From an uncultured Gaiellales bacterium (lineage in GTDB: Bacteria; Actinomycetota; Thermoleophilia; RBG-16-64-13), in the NCBI GenBank assembly GCA_964423425.1, contig CAYRES010000004.1, forward strand, positions 8,736-72,735: a DNA stretch of 64,000 nt, written 5' to 3'. Below are positions 44,826 through 54,315 of the stretch, in pieces. Made by a program: the position numbers and the translations under genes. Numbering within the stretch: the first letter of the stretch is position 1; the number at the start of each line of letters is the position of its first letter. The notes beneath the pieces were generated by a model. The model worked only from the letters and a program-made list of their open reading frames with translations, was not told the origin of the DNA and did no database searches.

Positions 44826-46502
44826 GTGCTTCACGACAGGCTGGGCAGGATAATCGACGAATGGCTGGCCGAGAAAGAGCTTCAAGGGGCCCCCACCTTC
44901 GTGCTGGAGAGGCCCGCTGACGAAGCTCACGGCGACTACGCCACACCCTTCTGTATGCAGCTGGCCAGAACGGCCCGCCGCCCGCCGCGAGAACTGGCTG
45001 CCGAGCTGCGTGAGCGTATCCTGGCCGACAAAGACATGGCCGAGCTCGTGGCGCAGGTGGATATCGCGGGGCCCGGCTTTCTCAATCTGACTCTTTCCGC
45101 GCGGGCCCTCATCACCGCGGCGCGGGAACTTCTCGCCGAGGGAGAGGAAGTGGGGAGGGGGTCCCGGCGAGAGGCTTTGTACATCAATCTGGAGTATGTG
45201 AGTGTCAATCCGAACGGGCCGCTCCATGTGGGGCACGGGCGCTATGCGGCGTACGGCGACGCTCTCGCCCGGCTGCTGGCATACAGCGGGCACCAAGTGG
45301 TGCCGGAGTTCTACATCAACGACTACGGTCGGCAGATGGAGATGTTCGGCCGTTCGGTGGCGGCACGCTACGCCCAGTCGTTCGGACTTGACGTTTCCGT
45401 CCCGGAGGACGGGTATCAGGGCGAGTACGTCAAGGACGTCGCCACGCACATCAGGGAAGAGGTGGGAGACCGGTGGGTCGAAGCACTCGGTGATCCGTCG
45501 GCGTTTCTTGATCCCGACTCTCCGCTTCTCCTGTTCTTCCGCGAGCGCGGGTATCGGCTCATGCTTGAGTCGATGAAGCACGAACTGGAGCGCTTCCGGG
45601 TGACCTTCGCCGTGTGGTTCAGCGAGACGATTCTTCACGAGGAAGGCAGGGTGCAGGCCTGTATCGATCGTTTTCTGGAGCGCGGCGACGCCTATGTGCA
45701 GGAGGATGCAGTGTGGCTGCGCACCAGCGAATACGGCGACGACAAGGATCGCGTGCTCATCCGCAGTAACGAGCGTCCCACGTACTTCGCCGCAGACATC
45801 GCCTACCATGAGGACAAGCTCTCCCGCGGCTTCGATCACATGATCAACATCTGGGGGGCCGACCATCACGGCTACGTCGCCCGGATGAAAGCGGCCGTGG
45901 GCCTGTTGTCAGGCGATCCCGACAGGCTGGAAGTGATCATCGGGCAATTGGTGAATCTGCAGGAGGAGGGCGAGGCCAGGCAGATGTCGACCCGCAAGGG
46001 TGAGATGGTGACCCTGGAAGAGCTGATCGAGGCCATCGGCGTGGATGCAGCCCGGTTCTTCTTGGTCATGCGATCCCACGACCAGGCCCTGGATCTCGAC
46101 ATTGCTCTGGCCAGACGTCGTTCGCAGGACAACCCGGTCTATTACGTCCAGTACGCACACGCCCGCATCTGCAGCATCATCCGCAATCTTCCCGAGGGTA
46201 TCGAAGTCGGCATCGGGGAGTCGGAGGCGATCTTCGCAACCACGCAGGAACGTGCCTTGATCAAGCGTCTTGATGAGTTTCCGGGAGTGGTCATGGATGC
46301 CGCCGACCGCCGGGCGCCCCACCGCATTGCTTCCTATGCACAGGAGCTGGCGGCGGATTTCCATGTGTTCTACAAGAACTGCCGGGTGATCGGGTCGGAG
46401 CCGGTCGTGGCGTCTTCACGGCTCGCTCTCTGCATGATCACAAGGCGGGTGATCGCCCGCTGTCTCGACCTGCTCGGTGTGGCGGCACCGGAGTCCATGT
46501 AG
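44826..46502 (+). CDS. argS: Arginine--tRNA ligase
   Basis: HIGH-type PNGPLHVGHGR. The FYINDYGRQMEMFG (DxGxQ) motif. C-terminal DALR anticodon-binding region. GTG start at 44826 with GAGGAAG RBS. Confidence 0.93.
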   Translation: MLHDRLGRIIDEWLAEKELQGAPTFVLERPADEAHGDYATPFCMQLARTARRPPRELAAELRERILADKDMAELVAQVDIAGPGFLNLTLSARALITAARELLAEGEEVGRGSRREALYINLEYVSVNPNGPLHVGHGRYAAYGDALARLLAYSGHQVVPEFYINDYGRQMEMFGRSVAARYAQSFGLDVSVPEDGYQGEYVKDVATHIREEVGDRWVEALGDPSAFLDPDSPLLLFFRERGYRLMLESMKHELERFRVTFAVWFSETILHEEGRVQACIDRFLERGDAYVQEDAVWLRTSEYGDDKDRVLIRSNERPTYFAADIAYHEDKLSRGFDHMINIWGADHHGYVARMKAAVGLLSGDPDRLEVIIGQLVNLQEEGEARQMSTRKGEMVTLEELIEAIGVDAARFFLVMRSHDQALDLDIALARRRSQDNPVYYVQYAHARICSIIRNLPEGIEVGIGESEAIFATTQERALIKRLDEFPGVVMDAADRRAPHRIASYAQELAADFHVFYKNCRVIGSEPVVASSRLALCMITRRVIARCLDLLGVAAPESM

Positions 46503-46515
46503 GAACTCTGTCTCG

Positions 46516-47424
46516 ATGCCCGAACTCCCCGAGGTTGAGACGGTACGGCGGCAACTTGCGCGCTCTCTGGTCGGATGCATTATCACCGGAGTCGAGAGAG
46601 TTGAGCCGTCCATGCTGTTGGGTGTCACCCCGGCAACTCTTGCGGAGGAGCTTGCCGGTGCGCGGGTTCTCGGCGTGTGTCGCAGAGGTAAGTTCCTCCT
46701 GGTGAAGCTGCATGATGAAGCATATCTCACCCTGCACCTAGGGATGACCGGACAGATTCTGTTGACGGCCACGTGCACCGGGTGGGGGCCCCATGACCGT
46801 TTCGTGCTCACACTTTCATCGGAGGCTGAACCTCAGCCGGACGGCGGGCCACAAGACGATGAGGACCACTCGGAGCCGTGTGCGCACCCCGGGCGCGAGG
46901 AGCACAAGGAGGCGCCTGCGGTTCTGGTGTTTCGCGACATCAGGAAGTTCGGACGGGTTGAGTTCGGTCGGGGCGCGCCGCCTGCGCGCGTCACCCGCTT
47001 GGGTCGTGACGCCTGGGTGGGTGAGTGGGGTCCAGAGTATGTGGCGGCGTGCCTTCATGGCCGCAGAGCTCCCATCAAGGCTGTTCTTCTCGACCAGAGG
47101 CACCTCGCGGGTATCGGCAACATCTACGCCGATGAAATCCTCTTCGCTGCTTCGCTGTCGCCGCTTCGTGAGGCGGGGGGACTGAACGAAGAAGAAGTGG
47201 AGCGCCTGGCGGTCGCGATACGGGAACGTCTCACAGAAGGCGTGCGCGCACGCGGGTGCTCGATATCCGACTTCGTTGACACGCAGGAGAGGCCGGGAAC
47301 GTATCAGGAGGTGCTGCAAGCATACGGCCGGGGCGGTGAGCCCTGCGCGCGCTGCAACGGGACGCTGCAGCGGACCGTGGTGGCCGGCCGGGGCACATCG
47401 TACTGCCCCGCCTGCCAGCGATAG
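46516..47424 (+). CDS. mutM: Formamidopyrimidine-DNA glycosylase (Fpg/MutM) with ~30-aa acidic insertion
   Basis: MPELPEVETVRR N-terminus (catalytic Pro2/Glu3), H2TH region, and C-terminal zinc finger CARCNGTLQRTVVAGRGTSYCPAC. Confidence 0.92.
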   Translation: MPELPEVETVRRQLARSLVGCIITGVERVEPSMLLGVTPATLAEELAGARVLGVCRRGKFLLVKLHDEAYLTLHLGMTGQILLTATCTGWGPHDRFVLTLSSEAEPQPDGGPQDDEDHSEPCAHPGREEHKEAPAVLVFRDIRKFGRVEFGRGAPPARVTRLGRDAWVGEWGPEYVAACLHGRRAPIKAVLLDQRHLAGIGNIYADEILFAASLSPLREAGGLNEEEVERLAVAIRERLTEGVRARGCSISDFVDTQERPGTYQEVLQAYGRGGEPCARCNGTLQRTVVAGRGTSYCPACQR

Positions 47425-47920
47425 GCCGGGAGAGGTTGAATGGCCCGGCCAGGATGACTGCGGGGAGGAGTGGCGGCGCAAAAAAGCGAGCCCCGAGTGG
47501 CTTCGCTTTCCAACCTTCATCGACTTGCCACTTCTTTGGTTGTTTCATCGTACTCCGCAGGCATTTACCTCTGCGTTTCCTCCACAACCCTTCTTGTGGC
47601 GAGTCTCCGGTTGATTCGTCTAACCTCTCGGGACTCTACCTGTATTCTACACTCGTCTTGCGGTCTGTCAAGGCGTCGAGCGAGGGTAAACACAAACATT
47701 ACCCTCGCATTTTGCTCATGTCAACAGCGGAAGCCGGTCTCTCACAGCGGACGTCAGCAGACTGGTGCCCACAGACACCCGAGGTGGGGACGGCTCTGGG
47801 AGGGGTCGCGGGGAACTCCCCGCGACGGGGATTCACTGTGCGTCACCGGCCACGGTGCTCATTCCCCTCATGGCTACGACGCCATACCCTCATGCTACAA
47901 TGAACCCTGGCAGTCGGTGG

Positions 47921-47996
47921 GCGGAGTTAACTCAGTTGGTAGAGTGCCAGCTTCCCAAGCTGGATGTCGCGGGTTCGAGCCCCGTACTCCGCTCCA
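47921..47996 (+). tRNA. tRNA-Gly (anticodon CCC)
   Basis: Manual fold: acceptor GCGGAGU/ACUCCGC, D-arm ACUC-AGUUGGUA-GAGU, anticodon arm CCAGC-UUCCCAA-GCUGG (anticodon CCC at 34-36), variable AUGUC, T-arm GCGGG-UUCGAGC-CCCGU, discriminator U, encoded CCA. 76 nt. Confidence 0.85.
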
Positions 47997-48163
47997 TCCC
48001 ACTTCTCGTGTCCCCCTCTTGTCGTTGCCTCGCCTTGCGTCCGTTGCTCCGATAGCTTGTGTGGCGGCGACGTGCGTCACTTGTTTCGGGCGCGGCGTTC
48101 TGCCGGCGCGGGGTCCGCGGAATGTCCGGGTGTACCGCTCGAGGTTTCGCGGTTGTGCGCTTC

Positions 48164-48181
48164 GTACCCCCACGGGTATAC
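48164..48181. promoter_or_regulatory. CsoR-type operator-like GC-rich inverted repeat overlapping a -10-like TATACT, 19 bp upstream of the csoR-family start
   Basis: gTACCCccacgGGTAtac: TACCC-N5-GGGTA dyad. Confidence 0.5.
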
Positions 48182-48199
48182 TCAGGGAGATTGCGTGGT

Positions 48200-48601
48200 A
48201 TGGGAACGTGGAGGAAGGCCTTGAATCGAGGAGAGAAGCCGATTCTGTCGATGGAAGCGGAGCCGGGGGGAGAACCGCTCTCGCCGACTGCGGACCAGGT
48301 TGCGGAGATGGAAGCTCTCGTCAATCGGCTACGCCGAATCGAGGGCCAGGTGCGGGGTCTGCAGAAGATGATTCAAGAGGGCAAGGACTGTGGTGCCGTC
48401 CTCACGCAGCTCGCGGCGGCCAAGGCTGCGCTTGATCGAGTGGGCATGCATGTCATCAGCCACCGCATGAAAGAGTGCATCGAGGAGACGAGTGGAGTGA
48501 GTCTCGACCGTCAAGCTCTTGAGCAAGCCTTCCAAGTATTCATGAAGTACGCGCCCTATCCTATCGCGCAGAACAACGCAGAGGAGGACGAAGAATCATG
48601 A
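48200..48601 (+). CDS. CsoR/RcnR/FrmR-family (DUF156) metal- or redox-sensing transcriptional repressor
   Basis: Core LVNRLRRIEGQVRGLQKMIQEGKDCGAVLTQLAAAKAAL..VGMHVISHRMKEC carries the family fingerprint positions (Cys in helix 2, His/His/Cys in helix 3). Long N-terminal extension. The stop overlaps the trxB start (ATGA). Confidence 0.8.
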   Translation: MGTWRKALNRGEKPILSMEAEPGGEPLSPTADQVAEMEALVNRLRRIEGQVRGLQKMIQEGKDCGAVLTQLAAAKAALDRVGMHVISHRMKECIEETSGVSLDRQALEQAFQVFMKYAPYPIAQNNAEEDEES

Positions 48602-49581
48602 GCGGAACGCCGAGTGCACCATCCTCCGACGTTCCTTATGACGTCGTCATCGTGGGAGCCGGTCCTGCCGGTCTCACCGCGGCCATATATGCTTCCAGGG
48701 CCGGGCTCTCCACTCTTGTGCTCGAAAGGGGGGTTGCCGGCGGGCAGATCGCTACCACCGACCTCATAGAGAACTATCCGGGCTTCGCGGAGGGAATCAA
48801 CGGAGCCGAACTCATGCAGCGCACCAGGGAGCAGGCCTTGAATGTGGGCGCGCAGATCCGGGAGATCGAGGAAGCCGGCGGTTTGACTCCTGGCGATCCC
48901 GTTGCGCGAATCCCTTTCCGGGTGCACACGGGCGATGGGGCCTTGGCGGCTCTGGCAAGGACTGTGATCGTGTGTACCGGCCTCGATCCCAGCAACCTGG
49001 GTTGCGCGGGTGAGGATCGTTTCCTGGGGCGGGGCGTCTCCTACTGTGCCACCTGCGACGGTGCGTTTTTTCGGGACAAGGTGGTGGCCGTTGTGGGAGG
49101 AGGCAACTCGGCGGTAGAAGAAGCGCTCTTCCTCACACGTTTTGCCCGCAAAGTGTACATCGTGCATCGCCGCGATCGACTGCGAGCCGACCACGTGGTT
49201 GAAGCGAGGGCCCGCGCAAATCCCAAAGTCGAGTTCCTGTGGACGAGCCAGGTGCGGGAGGTCAGAGGCTCCGACAAGGTGGAGTCCATGTACCTGGAGT
49301 CACCGGACACCGGCGAGTTTCGTGATATTGAAGTCGACGGCCTGTTTCTTTACGTGGGCCAGCATCCGAATACCTTGTGGCTCAAGGGTGTCGTGGAGCT
49401 CGACGAGAGGGGATTCATCCCCACCGACGTCGCCTTGGCCACCAATCTCGCGGGCGTCTACGCCGCAGGTGATTGCCGTGTCAACCAGATGAAGCAGGTG
49501 GTATGGGCGGCGGCCGAGGGTGCGCTCGCCGGCCGCAACGTGGCCGAGTTCCTCGACGGTATAGACGCGATGGGGTCATAG
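48598..49581 (+). CDS. trxB: Thioredoxin-disulfide reductase
   Basis: FAD motif VVIVGAGPAGLTAAIYASRAG. Redox-active CATCDG. NADPH motif VVAVVGGGNSAVEEALFLT. Confidence 0.95.
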   Translation: MSGTPSAPSSDVPYDVVIVGAGPAGLTAAIYASRAGLSTLVLERGVAGGQIATTDLIENYPGFAEGINGAELMQRTREQALNVGAQIREIEEAGGLTPGDPVARIPFRVHTGDGALAALARTVIVCTGLDPSNLGCAGEDRFLGRGVSYCATCDGAFFRDKVVAVVGGGNSAVEEALFLTRFARKVYIVHRRDRLRADHVVEARARANPKVEFLWTSQVREVRGSDKVESMYLESPDTGEFRDIEVDGLFLYVGQHPNTLWLKGVVELDERGFIPTDVALATNLAGVYAAGDCRVNQMKQVVWAAAEGALAGRNVAEFLDGIDAMGS

Positions 49582-49753
49582 GGCAACTATGCTGCGGGCG
49601 GTCCCTCGTCGGCGCGGGAAGTGCCGTGCGGTTTCGCGTTGCGGAGGCCGGTGCATGTGGGGTGCATGTCGGGTGGTGCAGGTCAGGTGCCCGTCGAAGA
49701 GGGAGAGAGGCTGCCACCTTCTCTTTGCGTGAGTCGGAACCGGGCTATGTGAG

Positions 49754-50587
49754 TCAGTGCTGAGGTTCTGCCGGCGGAAGGCCGATTCTCGAGGCGAGCC
49801 ACTCTACCACGCGGCGATGTAGGGCGGGAGAACTCTGCGCAGTGCTGTGGTCGCCCCCGGCAAGGAGGACGACCTCGGTGTCGCCGCTCATGTGAGCAGC
49901 GAGGTCAAGTGAGTGACGGAAGGGTACCTTCTCGTCTCCGCGGGCATGCACGAGCAGGCAGGGAGAGTCGATGTGCGGCGCAGTATCCAGCGTGTCGTGG
50001 CACGAGAGGTACCGGCGCAGGCGGCTCTCATCGAGGCGGGCTTCCAAGCCGTCACGTGAACGGACGGTCCATTCGGCTTGGCGATCGAGGGCCGCCAGGA
50101 GGATCTCTTCGTTGGCCGGGCACAGCAGAGCCAAGGCGGCGAAGGTGGCTTCAGGGGCGGAACGGATGCCGTAGTATCCTCCCATGCTCGAGCCCCGGTA
50201 GCACACGCGGGTGGGGTCGACGAGCGGATGGCTGCGCAGAAGAGAGGCGGCCGCCCATACATCTTCCTCCAGCGGACCGTCGACGAGGCCGCCACTCTCG
50301 CCGTGGCCGCGGAAGTCGAGCGCCATCACAATGAAGCCGCGCCGGCAGGCCTCAAGGCAGAACGACCTGTGGCGTACCTTGTTGCTGCCCGCGCCGTGGG
50401 CCACCACCAAGCCTGGTCGCAGTCGGTTGCCGGGTGCAGCGGCTGCGGGTAGGAAGAGGGCGGCGGCAATGACGGGGCCGTCTTTCGTACCACGCTGACG
50501 CAGGCGAGGAGGACCGCTTCTCAGGCGTAGGTCTTCCATATGGATGTCGGAGGGAATGGGGACGGGATGGATGTGCGGGGACTCGGC
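49754..50587 (-). CDS. Alpha/beta-fold hydrolase (dienelactone-hydrolase / S9-like)
   Basis: LVVAHGAGSNKVRHRSF......GFIVMALDFRGHGESGG...YRGSSMGG (nucleophile elbow GSSMGG). The start is uncertain; the ORF extends to 50665 and would overlap hpt. Confidence 0.7.
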   Translation of the reverse strand, partial: AESPHIHPVPIPSDIHMEDLRLRSGPPRLRQRGTKDGPVIAAALFLPAAAAPGNRLRPGLVVAHGAGSNKVRHRSFCLEACRRGFIVMALDFRGHGESGGLVDGPLEEDVWAAASLLRSHPLVDPTRVCYRGSSMGGYYGIRSAPEATFAALALLCPANEEILLAALDRQAEWTVRSRDGLEARLDESRLRRYLSCHDTLDTAPHIDSPCLLVHARGDEKVPFRHSLDLAAHMSGDTEVVLLAGGDHSTAQSSPALHRRVVEWLASRIGLPPAEPQH

Positions 50588-50603
50588 CATGAGTGGTGCA
50601 GGG

Positions 50604-51161
50604 CTAGATGTTGAGTCTGGCCAGGTGGGGGAGGTTGCGATGGAGTTGGTGGTAGTCGAAACCATAACCCACGAAGAAGCAGTCGGGCACGGTGAAGCCG
50701 GTGTACTTCACCGGGACTTCCACCAGGCGCCGGTGCGGCCTGTCGAGTAATGTGCAGACATTGAGAGACCGTAGTTCGCGGGACTCCAGGAAGCGGGTGA
50801 TGTAGTAGAGCGTGAGGCCGGTGTCGATGATGTCTTCGACGATGATCACATCTTTCCCGGTGAGCGGCTGCTCCGTATCCTTGGTGATGCGGATGGTGGG
50901 GCGATCGGCTCGTTTGTGATCTTGCTGGTACGAGGTGATCGCCATGTACTCCATCTCCAGAGGAAGGTGTATAGCCCGGGCCAAGTCGGCGATGAAGAAC
51001 ACGGCCCCTTTGAGAATGGAGAGAAGGACGAGTTCCTTGCCTTCGTAATCGGCTGTGATCTCAGCACCCAACTCATGGATTCGTGCCTTGAGGGTGCCTT
51101 GGTCGAGAAACGATTCTCCAATGACGGGGTCGTGACGAAGGGTCTCGTCTCGCGCCATCAT
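50604..51161 (-). CDS. hpt: Hypoxanthine phosphoribosyltransferase
   Basis: PRPP-binding VIIVEDIIDTGLTL and LSILKGAVFFIADL, typical of HPRT. 185 aa. Confidence 0.92.
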   Translation of the reverse strand: MMARDETLRHDPVIGESFLDQGTLKARIHELGAEITADYEGKELVLLSILKGAVFFIADLARAIHLPLEMEYMAITSYQQDHKRADRPTIRITKDTEQPLTGKDVIIVEDIIDTGLTLYYITRFLESRELRSLNVCTLLDRPHRRLVEVPVKYTGFTVPDCFFVGYGFDYHQLHRNLPHLARLNI

Positions 51162-51541
51162 TGCGGGTGCTCGAGGTCGAACTTCTTGGCCAACTGCACG
51201 AAGTCGCGCTTGTAGAGGAGCTTGATGCGAGTACCCGGATACTTCTCCTTCAGCTTGCGCACCTTTCGGTTCTTCTCGGTGACGAGTGACTGCTTCATCT
51301 GGGTGACCTCGATGTACAGGTCAAGCTCGGGCAGGTAGAAGTCGGGAGTGAAGGCCTCGAGGATGTTACCTTGCTCGTCTTGTTCAAGAATGAAGGTGCG
51401 CGGTTCGTATTGCCAGGGAATGGCATAATAGTCGAGTATTCGCGCCGCCTGAAGCTCGGTGTGAGTGGCGAAGCGGGGGGGCTTGTCGCCCCTGAAGTGA
51501 TTGAAAACCGGCGTATTGACGGTCGGGGTTTCCTCGCTCAT
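51158..51541 (-). CDS. Conserved hypothetical protein (possible PD-(D/E)xK-like fold)
   Basis: 127 aa with FTPDFYLPELDLYIEVTQMK (a D...E.K-like arrangement). Translationally coupled to hpt (ATGA overlap). Confidence 0.45.
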   Translation of the reverse strand: MSEETPTVNTPVFNHFRGDKPPRFATHTELQAARILDYYAIPWQYEPRTFILEQDEQGNILEAFTPDFYLPELDLYIEVTQMKQSLVTEKNRKVRKLKEKYPGTRIKLLYKRDFVQLAKKFDLEHPQ

Positions 51542-51658
51542 CCTAAGTGGTAATTCTATCAGAACGAGTTCCCGGCACCCCGGTGAGTGTCATCGTTGCT
51601 TTGCCATGTGATACCGTACCGGCGACTCGGTCCCTCCCTCATGCGTGCTGGAGAAACC

Positions 51659-52978
51659 ATGACTCACACCCTCATCTATCCGGCGTACTCCGCCCACAAT
51701 GAGCGCGGACATCTCACTCTCGACGGCTGCGACCTGGTCGATTTGGTCGACGAGTTCGGTTCTCCCTTGGCCGTGTACGAGGAGGAGACCATTCGTGATC
51801 AGTGCCGTAGGCTCCTGGAGGCCTTCGGCAGCCGTACCGATGATTTCGAGGTGATCTACGCGTCAAAAGCGTTCCCCTGTGTGGCGGCGCTGCAGCTGGT
51901 GGCCGAGGAAGGTCTCTCCCTCGACGTCTCGTCGGGGGGTGAGTATCATATGGCTGTCTGTGCCGGCTTTCCGCTGGACCGTGTCTTCTTCCATGGCAAC
52001 AATAAGACGGCCAATGAACTCGCCTATGCGCTCGACCACGGTGTCGGGGTCGTGGTGGTCGACAGTTTCAGCGAACTCAGCATGCTCGAACGGATGGCGG
52101 AAGAGCGATCATTGCGCCAGAAGGTGCTCCTCAGGCTTACCCCGGGGGTGGAGGCTCATACGCACCACTACATCCAGACCGGTCAGGAAGACTCGAAGTT
52201 CGGCTTCGGTCTGGCCGAGAATATCGGGCTCGAGGCCATTCACGCAGCCATGAAGGCTTCTCACCTCGATCTACTCGGCCTTCATGCGCACATAGGCAGC
52301 CAGATCTTTGAGCTGGCGGCCTTCAGAGCTGAGATTGCCGTGCTCGTCGACGTGATCCGCCAGGCCCATGAGCGATATGGATTCGAGTGCCGTTACCTCA
52401 ATGTCGGTGGGGGTTTGGGTATCCGCTACACAGAAGAAGACGAGCCTTCCTCCATCGACGAGTATGCTGAGATAAAGGTGAAGGGTGTGCAGGAGGAAAT
52501 GAACTCGTTGGGCCTTCCTGTGCCCCGGGTACTTGTGGAACCTGGAAGGCTGTTGGTGGGCAAAGCCGGCGTCACCGCCTATCGGATCGGGGCGATCAAA
52601 GAAGTGCCCGGCATTCGCACCTATGTGAGTGTCGACGGGGGTATGAGTGACAACATCCGGCCCATGCTGTACGGTGCCAAGTACGAGGCCATGCTCGCCA
52701 ATCGCGCCGAGGAGGCGGCCGACACTGTCGTCACCATCGCCGGCAAGCACTGCGAGAGCAGCGATATCCTGGTGAAGGATGTGCGACTGCCCAAGCCTCG
52801 CATGGGCGATACGGTTGTCATTCCGGCCACCGGGGCGTACTGCTTTGCGATGGCCTCCAACTACAACGGCAGTCCACGTCCGGCCGTGGTGTTTGTGCGC
52901 AATGGTGAGGCTCGCGTCGTGGTCGAGCGCGAGACCTACGACGACCTGGTTGCCAAGCACAGGCCTCTTCGGGGGTGA
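51659..52978 (+). CDS. lysA: Diaminopimelate decarboxylase
   Basis: Fold-III PLP decarboxylase: YASKAFPCVAALQL (PLP Lys), GGGLGIRY, and C-terminal EPGRLLVG...CESSD. Confidence 0.92.
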   Translation: MTHTLIYPAYSAHNERGHLTLDGCDLVDLVDEFGSPLAVYEEETIRDQCRRLLEAFGSRTDDFEVIYASKAFPCVAALQLVAEEGLSLDVSSGGEYHMAVCAGFPLDRVFFHGNNKTANELAYALDHGVGVVVVDSFSELSMLERMAEERSLRQKVLLRLTPGVEAHTHHYIQTGQEDSKFGFGLAENIGLEAIHAAMKASHLDLLGLHAHIGSQIFELAAFRAEIAVLVDVIRQAHERYGFECRYLNVGGGLGIRYTEEDEPSSIDEYAEIKVKGVQEEMNSLGLPVPRVLVEPGRLLVGKAGVTAYRIGAIKEVPGIRTYVSVDGGMSDNIRPMLYGAKYEAMLANRAEEAADTVVTIAGKHCESSDILVKDVRLPKPRMGDTVVIPATGAYCFAMASNYNGSPRPAVVFVRNGEARVVVERETYDDLVAKHRPLRG

Positions 52979-52982
52979 GGTG

Positions 52983-54251
52983 ATGGAAAGAGCTCGCATA
53001 GGTCTCCTGGGCTACGGCACAGTCGGTTCGAACGTGTACCGGCTTCTCGAGCGGGAGAGGAGCCAGATTCTGGAGGCGACCGGCGTCGACCTGGAAGTGG
53101 TGGGGATTGCCGAGCTCAATACCTCCAAGCACGGTGTGGGGGCCCCGCGGGAGCTCTTCTCCACCGATGCCGGGGCCGTCATCGCCCGCCCCGACGTAGA
53201 TATTGTGGTTGAGCTTGTGGGAGGGGTGGAGACGGCCTTCATGTTGGTGCATACGGCGTTGTCCTCGGGTAAGAGCGTGGTCACCGCCAACAAGCAGCTC
53301 TTGGCGAACAGGGGCGGTCCGCTGTTCGAGCTGGCCAAGGAGAAGGGCCGGCAGATACGGTTCGAGGCTTCGGTTGCCGGCGCCGTACCCATTATCAAGG
53401 TCATGCGCGAGAGCATGATCGCGGCCGACCTGCACACTGTGTATGGAATCGTGAACGGCACCACCAACTACATCCTCACTGCCATGTACGCCGGGGAGGG
53501 GGACTACGCGAGTACCCTGGCGCAGGCCCAGCGCCTCGGTTATGCGGAGGCCGATCCCACCGACGACGTGAGTGGTGGTGACGCGGCCGCCAAGATGGCC
53601 ATCTTGGCCTCCATTGCGTTCAAGTCACGGGTCACCCTGGCCGACGTCCGCTACGAGGGCATCGACAGGATCACGCCGGCCGATGTGCAATACGCGAAGG
53701 ATTTTGGCTACGTTATCAAGCTGGTTGGAGCGGCACGGCTCGTCGAGGGGAGAGTGAATGTACACGTGAGCCCGGCGCTTGTTCCCGAGGGGCACCCGCT
53801 GGCAGCGATCTCTGGCTCATACAACGCAGTGCTCATGCAGGGTCACTCCATCGACGAGATCATGCTCTCGGGACCGGGCGCCGGGGGCGTGCAGACGTCT
53901 TCTGCGGTTATCAGCGACATCGTCTCCATCGTAAGCACGAAGACTGCGGGCTTTCTTCAGAACTGCTCCTGCTATCGCCATCTGGACTTCTGTCCCGACG
54001 ACGAATTGGAGTCGGCGTTCTTCATACGGGCGCAAGTGGAAGACCGGGCGGGTGTGCTCTCTCAGATCTCCTCGGTGTTCGGGGAGCACGATGTGTCTAT
54101 CGAGAGCATGATCCAGAAGGGCCACGGGGAGCAGGCCGAGTTGGTGTTTGTCACCCACCCCACGAAGGAGCATAACGCCACGGCGGCTCTCCGGGCAGTG
54201 GAGTCTTTGGCCTGTGTACGCGGAAGCACGATGGCCATTCGCGTTCTTTGA
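52983..54251 (+). CDS. hom: Homoserine dehydrogenase
   Basis: RIGLLGYGTVGSNVYRLL Rossmann motif, catalytic domain, and C-terminal ACT domain (FFIRAQVEDRAGVLSQISSVFGEHDVSI). Confidence 0.92.
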   Translation: MERARIGLLGYGTVGSNVYRLLERERSQILEATGVDLEVVGIAELNTSKHGVGAPRELFSTDAGAVIARPDVDIVVELVGGVETAFMLVHTALSSGKSVVTANKQLLANRGGPLFELAKEKGRQIRFEASVAGAVPIIKVMRESMIAADLHTVYGIVNGTTNYILTAMYAGEGDYASTLAQAQRLGYAEADPTDDVSGGDAAAKMAILASIAFKSRVTLADVRYEGIDRITPADVQYAKDFGYVIKLVGAARLVEGRVNVHVSPALVPEGHPLAAISGSYNAVLMQGHSIDEIMLSGPGAGGVQTSSAVISDIVSIVSTKTAGFLQNCSCYRHLDFCPDDELESAFFIRAQVEDRAGVLSQISSVFGEHDVSIESMIQKGHGEQAELVFVTHPTKEHNATAALRAVESLACVRGSTMAIRVL

Positions 54252-54315
54252 GTGGTGGTGCGTTCACGGAGCGGTGACTGAAGCTCAAGCGAGGCAAGAG
54301 AGGAAGAAGGCTATC

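Noticed and set aside
47921-47996. tRNA-Gly as an integration site for a mobile element
   Set aside because: No integrase, no direct repeat of the tRNA 3' end downstream, and the flanking genes (mutM; csoR-trxB) are core functions.
47470-48435. 321-aa plus-strand ORF
   Set aside because: It runs straight through the tRNA-Gly gene and the csoR promoter, and its translation is low-complexity. It is not coding.
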